Shown piece by piece: positions 57,760 to 64,000 of a stretch of DNA of 64,000 nt. Made by a program: the position numbers and the translations under genes. The stretch comes from Octopus vulgaris (taxonomy: Eukaryota), in NCBI GenBank assembly GCA_951406725.2, contig OX597816.1, forward strand, positions 116,684,001 through 116,748,000, in the 5' to 3' direction. The notes beneath the pieces are model-generated. The model saw nothing but the letters and a program-made list of their open reading frames with translations, was not told the DNA's origin and searched no databases. Each line of letters opens with the position of its first letter. The stretch's first letter is position 1.

Positions 57760-59400
57760 TGTGAATTTAATTTCGTTCGTGTCTGAAGTTGATTCTACCC
57801 AAGAGAAAATTGGTTACCCTTCATTAGATATGGGTTCTTCTTCTGTAAATAGAATTACTTCTTCATAAAAGCTGTACCTCACCTCGCATTTTTATGCAAC
57901 ATAGCTACATAATGTCTTAGGAAGGACTTCATTTATAAGTGCTCTGTTACTATTAATACTGAAAATGTTCATTATATAGAAGTCATGTTGTCTCAATTTA
58001 AACATGCCCTTTCATTCAAGAACCTAAATAAATGCAAATCTACATATTTGATTCAATTGATATGGTATATAAAAATAAGTGAAGTCCCATAAAAATTTCT
58101 TGGTCTGTGATATGAACCGTATTTCTTTACATGGGTGACGGAGGTAAGTGCATTTTATGCTCACTAGAAGCACTTAAAGTTATAAAAAACATAGGGATCA
58201 GGTAAAGAAAAGTAACGAAATTTTAATTATGTGCCCGTACAAATACAATGGGACTGTTTGTAAGATTTCTTTAGCGTAGGTTATTTTTCTTTATAATGAG
58301 TCTTAAATCTTAATATCTTAAATTTTAATATCGGTTCATGACATTACGACTCCTTCTCAACAACGCACTATTTAGTTAATTAAATTAGTAAAAAGAATAT
58401 AGGATTTCGAACTTACTCAAATACATGCCCGCTAAGTTCATATGATTCTTGTTCGATCTTCCATCTGATTGGGATTAGTTAATAATCTATACCCTATATG
58501 TTCCATCATTATGCTCTGTATGCTTTATTCTTATTTCCCATATGCACATATTTTCAATTCCAAACACAAGTACTGCTCATACCATGATAGGACTTGATAT
58601 TTTTCTGATATTGTCTTTTAAAATTATATATTTATATTGCTTATATTTGCTTATTTGTATGATTTGACATTATTTTATATTTTGATAGTCTTGTATTTTG
58701 TATACTTGTAAATTGTTAATAAATGGATATTTGTATATTTTTTATTTATGCTTATATACTTCTATATCCCGATATTTAATAGCTATGTATATTATATTTA
58801 TATATCCTATAATATACGACGTTTCTCTCATTATTTTATTCGCTTATATTGTTATATTAATATGTTACGTTTCATTATGTTGATTTATTTTAAACCATTG
58901 TAACGACTCTAATTGTTGCAGCATTCAAAAATTTTCCTTTGAACTTCTGTATATGTCATCCGAGTTGCGCATGTTAATTCCTCCTCTACTACTATAGAAC
59001 CCACAATTTACTTGGAGATCATAATAACTGTATTCTTCACAACCAATCGAAATTTTGTCTAAGTAGTTTTGTAATAAGAATTATTTACAAACTATCAGTT
59101 TTTAATTTTAAGCATTTTACATTTAACTTTAGTTTGTTATTATTAACTGTAGTGTTTAAATCTAAAAACTCAGAGATAAACTATCCAATGGTTTTACTCT
59201 TTCATTCTTATATTATTCCTTATTTCAATTTCAGTTCTTTAACCCTAAATTCTAAGAAACTTTCAACCTTAGTACCTGACGCTTCATTTGTGAGTTTTAT
59301 TTCTAAATTTCATTTCGAAGTGTATTCATGTCTTCACCACAAGTCCTTCGCAGGATTTCATTGATTTTCGACTATCTGGTGTATCAGTTTCAGCACTGAC
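57760..59400 (-). pseudogene. Possible highly degenerate Gypsy-like gag/pol remnant
   Basis: Microsatellite-free AT-rich block with a minus-strand SPIVFV motif near 58240-58257, like the start of Gypsy RT; other motifs are weak. Confidence 0.3.
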
Positions 59401-59884
59401 GGTTTTCTCAGTCACATAACTGGTATCCCCGCCTTCGTATATGCCCTTATTGCTCATCCGTGATCCCTGAAACTGATTATGGTTATTGTTTCAACCTGAG
59501 TCTTTATCTCATACACATAACATGTTTCAGGTATTTTGTTGTTTTGGAGAGTTATTACGCCACACACGCACAGGTTCAATTCCACTTCTTTATTGTTAGT
59601 CGGTTGGTTAAATATCTAACCAACAAACTAATCGATCGTTTGCTTAATGAGATGGATAAATAATAGGTAAAAATGTGTTGGTTAAATAATAGGTAAGTTC
59701 TTTCGTCGCTTGTCACGATCTTTTCATTCTTACAACCTTGTCTACGATTTTCCATTTACCCCTATTCTATAATTGTTTTACTTTTATTCGTATTCTTATT
59801 TTCATTTTCATCCTCATCATCAGCAGCAGCAACAGCATCGTGGTTATAACCCTGTCTCTTGTTCCACTTCTCTTAATTCTATTA

Positions 59885-59973
<89 letters not shown>

Positions 59974-59976
<3 letters not shown>

Positions 59977-61700
59977 TAGTTTTATTTTTATAGCGTGCTT
60001 TCACTTCACTACCGAGCGCAGCTCTGTGTGCCTTAGGTATGTGCTGTGATTTGTTGTGATGCTCTGATGGTTATTGTATGGAAAGTGTTCTGCGTAGGAT
60101 GTGTGCAGTGCCTAGTAGTGCAATTTTCTGTATGTTATATGTGTTTGTAAGTCCTGGTGTTTTTGTTATGTATTTGTCTGAATATTTTTTTATCATGCCT
60201 AATGCACCTACTATGATAGGAATTGTTTCTGTTTTCAGATTCCACATTCTAGTTACCTCTATTTCCAGGCTTTTGTATTTTGAGAGTTTCTCCATTTCTT
60301 TTAGAGATACGTTGTCATCTGCCGGTATTGATACATCAATTAGAAAGCACTTTTTTTCTTCATGATCTCTGACAACTATATCTGGTCTGTTGGCCTTAAT
60401 TTCTCTATCTGTGTGTATCGGCATATCCCAGAGTATGGTTGCTTTCTCGTTTTCTGTGACCTTTTCTGGTGTGTGCCTATACCATCTTTTTTCTGTTGTT
60501 ATTCCATAATGTTGGCATAGCTTCCAATGTATGTAGGTTCCAACTCTGTCATGTCTGTGAATATATTCCTTCTTAGCCAGGACTGGGCAGCTAGAGATAA
60601 TATGATTTATTGTTTCTTGTCCATCTCCACATATTCTGCAGTTACTTGTAATATTTCTTTTCATTACATGTTTTTGGTAATTTCTGGTGGGGAGGCTTTG
60701 GTCTTGTGCTGCAATTAAAAATCCCTCTGTTTCTGCTTTGAGTCCTGAGCTTCTCAACCATTGCTGAGATTTTTCTTTGTCTATTTCTTTTGCGTCTAGT
60801 TTAGTCCAGTATTTACCATGAAGGGGCTTTTCTTGCCATCGTTTTATCATGGTTCGTTGCTGTTCTATTTTTAGTTTGGATTTCATTTGTTTTATAGCTT
60901 TTGTTGTTTCTTCATCTTCTTCTTCTTCTTCTTCTTCATGTTTATTAGGTGGTATGATTTCTTGTTTGTATTTGTCAGCTTCCTTAAATACTGAGAACAG
61001 TTTTTTGTTTTGCTCGTGTTTTGCCGCTATCTGGATCAGTTTTCCTTCCTTCTGAAGTAGATATTTTTGCAGTCCTATGGTGGTTATTTTATAGTAGTTT
61101 TCCAGCTGTATAAGGCCTCTACCACCTTCTATAAGTTGTATATATAGTCTTTCTATGTCAGATTTTGGGTGATGCATCCTAGATCCTGTCATTATTTTTC
61201 TTGTTTTCCTATCTATTTTGGTCAGTTCATTTCGTGTCCAGTTAAGGATATTGTAGCTGTAACTTATAACTGGGACAGCTAAAGTGTTGATACCTATTAT
61301 CTTGTTTTTAGCATTGAGCTCTGTTTTTAGTATTGATCTAACTCGTCTATAATATTCTTTTTTTATTTTCTCTTTCATTTGTGTGTGTTGTGTCTTATCT
61401 AGTTCATGGATTCCTAAGTATTTGTAAGTTTGGCTTTGGTCTAATTCTTTTATTTCATTGGTTTTATCTAGTGTGATGTTGTTACTCTTAACTAGTTTTC
61501 CTCTTTTCATGGTTACTTTGGCGCATTTTTCTAATCCAAATTAATAAATATTTCTTTGGTAAATCCATGAACTGTCTTTAATAGTGTTTCCAGCTGTTTG
61601 TCATTTGCAGCGTATAGTTTTAGGTCATCCATATATAAAAGGTGGCTGATCGTTTTGCCGTAACATTTATATCCGCATCCAGTTCTATTTAGTATATCAG
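59974..61700 (-). mobile_element. R4/Dong-clade RLE non-LTR retrotransposon, 5'-truncated, in (TAA)n
   Basis: HLLYMDDLKLYA near 61630, frameshift near 61545, long ORF, 3' UTR 59974-60070, (TAA)n tail. Confidence 0.93.
60071..61510 (-). CDS. C-terminal part of the retrotransposon ORF: RT thumb, CCHC zinc knuckle, restriction-like endonuclease
   Basis: YKYLG, GGRGL, CRICG...ETINHIISSC, RHD, RPDIVV...FLIDVSIP, KLSKY, IIVGALG; 479 codons open. The ATG is internal, not the real start. Confidence 0.9.
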   Translation of the reverse strand: MKRGKLVKSNNITLDKTNEIKELDQSQTYKYLGIHELDKTQHTQMKEKIKKEYYRRVRSILKTELNAKNKIIGINTLAVPVISYSYNILNWTRNELTKIDRKTRKIMTGSRMHHPKSDIERLYIQLIEGGRGLIQLENYYKITTIGLQKYLLQKEGKLIQIAAKHEQNKKLFSVFKEADKYKQEIIPPNKHEEEEEEEDEETTKAIKQMKSKLKIEQQRTMIKRWQEKPLHGKYWTKLDAKEIDKEKSQQWLRSSGLKAETEGFLIAAQDQSLPTRNYQKHVMKRNITSNCRICGDGQETINHIISSCPVLAKKEYIHRHDRVGTYIHWKLCQHYGITTEKRWYRHTPEKVTENEKATILWDMPIHTDREIKANRPDIVVRDHEEKKCFLIDVSIPADDNVSLKEMEKLSKYKSLEIEVTRMWNLKTETIPIIVGALGMIKKYSDKYITKTPGLTNTYNIQKIALLGTAHILRRTLSIQ

Positions 61701-61714
61701 TTCTATATTATTAT

Positions 61715-61767
<53 letters not shown>

Positions 61768-61906
61768 ATAGTAGTAGTATATTCATCATCATCATCCAGT
61801 TCTATTTATTATTATTATTATTATTATCATTATTATTATTATTATCATTATTATTATTACTATTATTATTATTATTATTATTATTATTACAATTATTATT
61901 ATTATT

Positions 61907-62432
61907 GAGTGAGCGAGCAGCGCATGCCATCAAAGTGAAACTGGGGTACAATTTTACGAAGCCCAATATACCCATCATGATTACCCGTCCGGTATGGTTA
62001 CACTAGGCACGTGGATCAGAACCATATATGCACGACATGATGATCTCATATCAAGAAAAACAGCACATGACCTTGCAGGTGGAGCCCAGTTAGACTTTTC
62101 TTCAGGTCGAGTAGCTCATCCCGCGCAAAAGATCCCCGAGTAACGCTTGTTTAAGGATGCCAAACGAAACACCTATGTTTCCAGAGGTGAATTATTCAAA
62201 CCCAAAAGAATTCCTTTCAATAGATGGCTATGATGCTCCCTCATATCGTCAGCCACTAAGGGACATGCTCAAAGTGTTATGGTCAAGCAACTAACAAGCA
62301 AATCTGTGGTATTGGGCAGAATATTTGCTGTAGCCCATCTTTTATACCAAAGCAAAACAATGTACATGATAACACTTCCAATCAATTCAGATCAAAAGCC
62401 ACGAGAGCCACTGTCTGGTATTGCATCAGGAC
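61907..62432 (-). mobile_element. ~540-bp non-coding retroposon-like repeat, copy 2
   Basis: Colinear with 6665-7211 apart from a short deletion; (ATT)n on both flanks. Confidence 0.75.
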
Positions 62433-62448
62433 ATTATTATCATCATTC

Positions 62449-62565
<117 letters not shown>

Positions 62566-63337
62566 TATTCATCATCATTATCATCATCATGTATGTGTGT
62601 GTGCGTTGCGTGTATGTGTGTGTGCGTGTATGTGTATACATATATATATGTGTGTGTATATATATATACGCACGTACACAACCTTATACATACATACGTG
62701 TGTGTATCTGTGTGCGTGTGTGTTTGCGTATGCATACCCACATGGCATTGGTTTGTTCGTGGCTATAATAAAAGACATTCTTACCCAATGTGCCACAGAG
62801 TGAAACCAAACCCTATATTAGTTGTTTGTGAAGTAAACTTCATAACCACGTAGCCGTTTCTGTATCGATATACTAGAAATAACCGTCAAATAGCAAATTA
62901 CCGATGACTGTTTTAAAAATGGACGACAAATTGCATAAGGTCTACGAAGCTTAAGAAATTAAGCTGAAGCATATGGATGGAAAGCCTTTGATCATAGATC
63001 TGTTGGATCCTGGCTGGCCCGTCCCTAAAAACCAATATTTTTGTTTTCATCCAGGTACCGTGTTACTTTATGATCTATATCCCAGCGTTTCACAATCACA
63101 GTTTATTATGTTGCTTGCAATGATAATGCTCTTACTTCCATCTACCTGCTCTGCGACTTCTCTAACTCATATAAGAAAGAAAATTAGCAAAGTTCTAATT
63201 ATAGTTATATTTTGTTTTATTCCAATCAGTTACAATAACTTTTAATACTGAAACTTTTGACAAATAGAATGTTGACGATAATTCCCACCAACACAAGTAT
63301 AACTCTTAGAACTGAAGAACTGTAATTTACCTCATGT

Positions 63338-63523
<186 letters not shown>

Positions 63524-63606
63524 TTCGAATTTACAGAAAACAAAAAACGAAGACAGGTGAGGGAACAACAAGGTGTATTAATTTGACGCTCAGGTAGAAT
63601 GGAAAA

Positions 63607-63647
63607 GTCTTTCACGTTTCGAGCCTACGCTCCTCGACAGAAAGGAC
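63607..63647 (-). ncRNA. Variant minimal hammerhead-like motif in a probable PLE pLTR fragment (about 63530-63680)
   Basis: Minus strand CTTT CTGTCGA G GAGC-GTAG-GCTC GAAAC GT G AAAG; palindromic ACGT in place of stem III; non-canonical core, G at the cleavage position. Confidence 0.5.
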
Positions 63648-64000
63648 TGAGAAGAAGAAAAAAATTGAGAACGAAAAAGAAACAGGGATCTTTGTAGTCT
63701 TTGTCATTGTCTCCAATTTTGTTCCATTTATTTTAAAATTTGGTATATGGATTAAGTTGTGTATACTAATTATAAAAATACAATTCGTTTTTCCTATAAA
63801 TCCATAATTAAAAAGTTATTAACCTTTAAAATTTGTAAAATTTGGGTATTTCAGCCTATCAGAAGCGAGTATTTTACACATCACCGTGGTGAAGAACTCT
63901 GTTTCCATTGTAATCAAGGTAAAGAAGCACCGCGTGTTCCATAGCTGATTGCGGAAAACTCTGTTTCCATTGTAACCAAAGATGCTGCACATACACAAAG

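Noticed and set aside
63895-63975. 19-bp direct repeat AACTCTGTTTCCATTGTAA, 62 bp apart (CRISPR-like spacing)
   Set aside because: Only two copies at the window edge, eukaryotic context, no cas genes.

Overview
AT-rich eukaryotic DNA saturated with microsatellites and transposable-element relics. The SINE families and repeat style resemble an octopus (coleoid cephalopod) genome; this is inferred from recall, not from a search. No host gene is convincingly visible, so the window reads as intergenic or a large intron, and most ORF-track entries are microsatellite translations. Recognisable content: R4/Dong-type RLE non-LTR elements in (TAA)n, including a 479-aa open C-terminal ORF at 60071-61510; L1/Tx1-like fragments, some in (GATA)n; RTE and CR1/L2-like fragments; two Penelope-like (PLE) remnants; Gypsy pol remnants; DD34D mariners; a DD41D element with both TIRs; two non-autonomous Helitrons; MITEs; several SINE families; and a 14-bp minisatellite. 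The most interesting signal is non-coding and comes from hand-folding: distinct hammerhead-ribozyme-like motifs at 36857, 38310, 38728/38788 (inside a 164-bp palindrome), 39155 and 63607, a candidate HDV-like ribozyme at 3023-3103, and a discrete ~540-bp non-coding element twice found beside Dong fragments in (TAA)n arrays. None has been tested computationally or biochemically. Boundaries of degenerate repeats are approximate.
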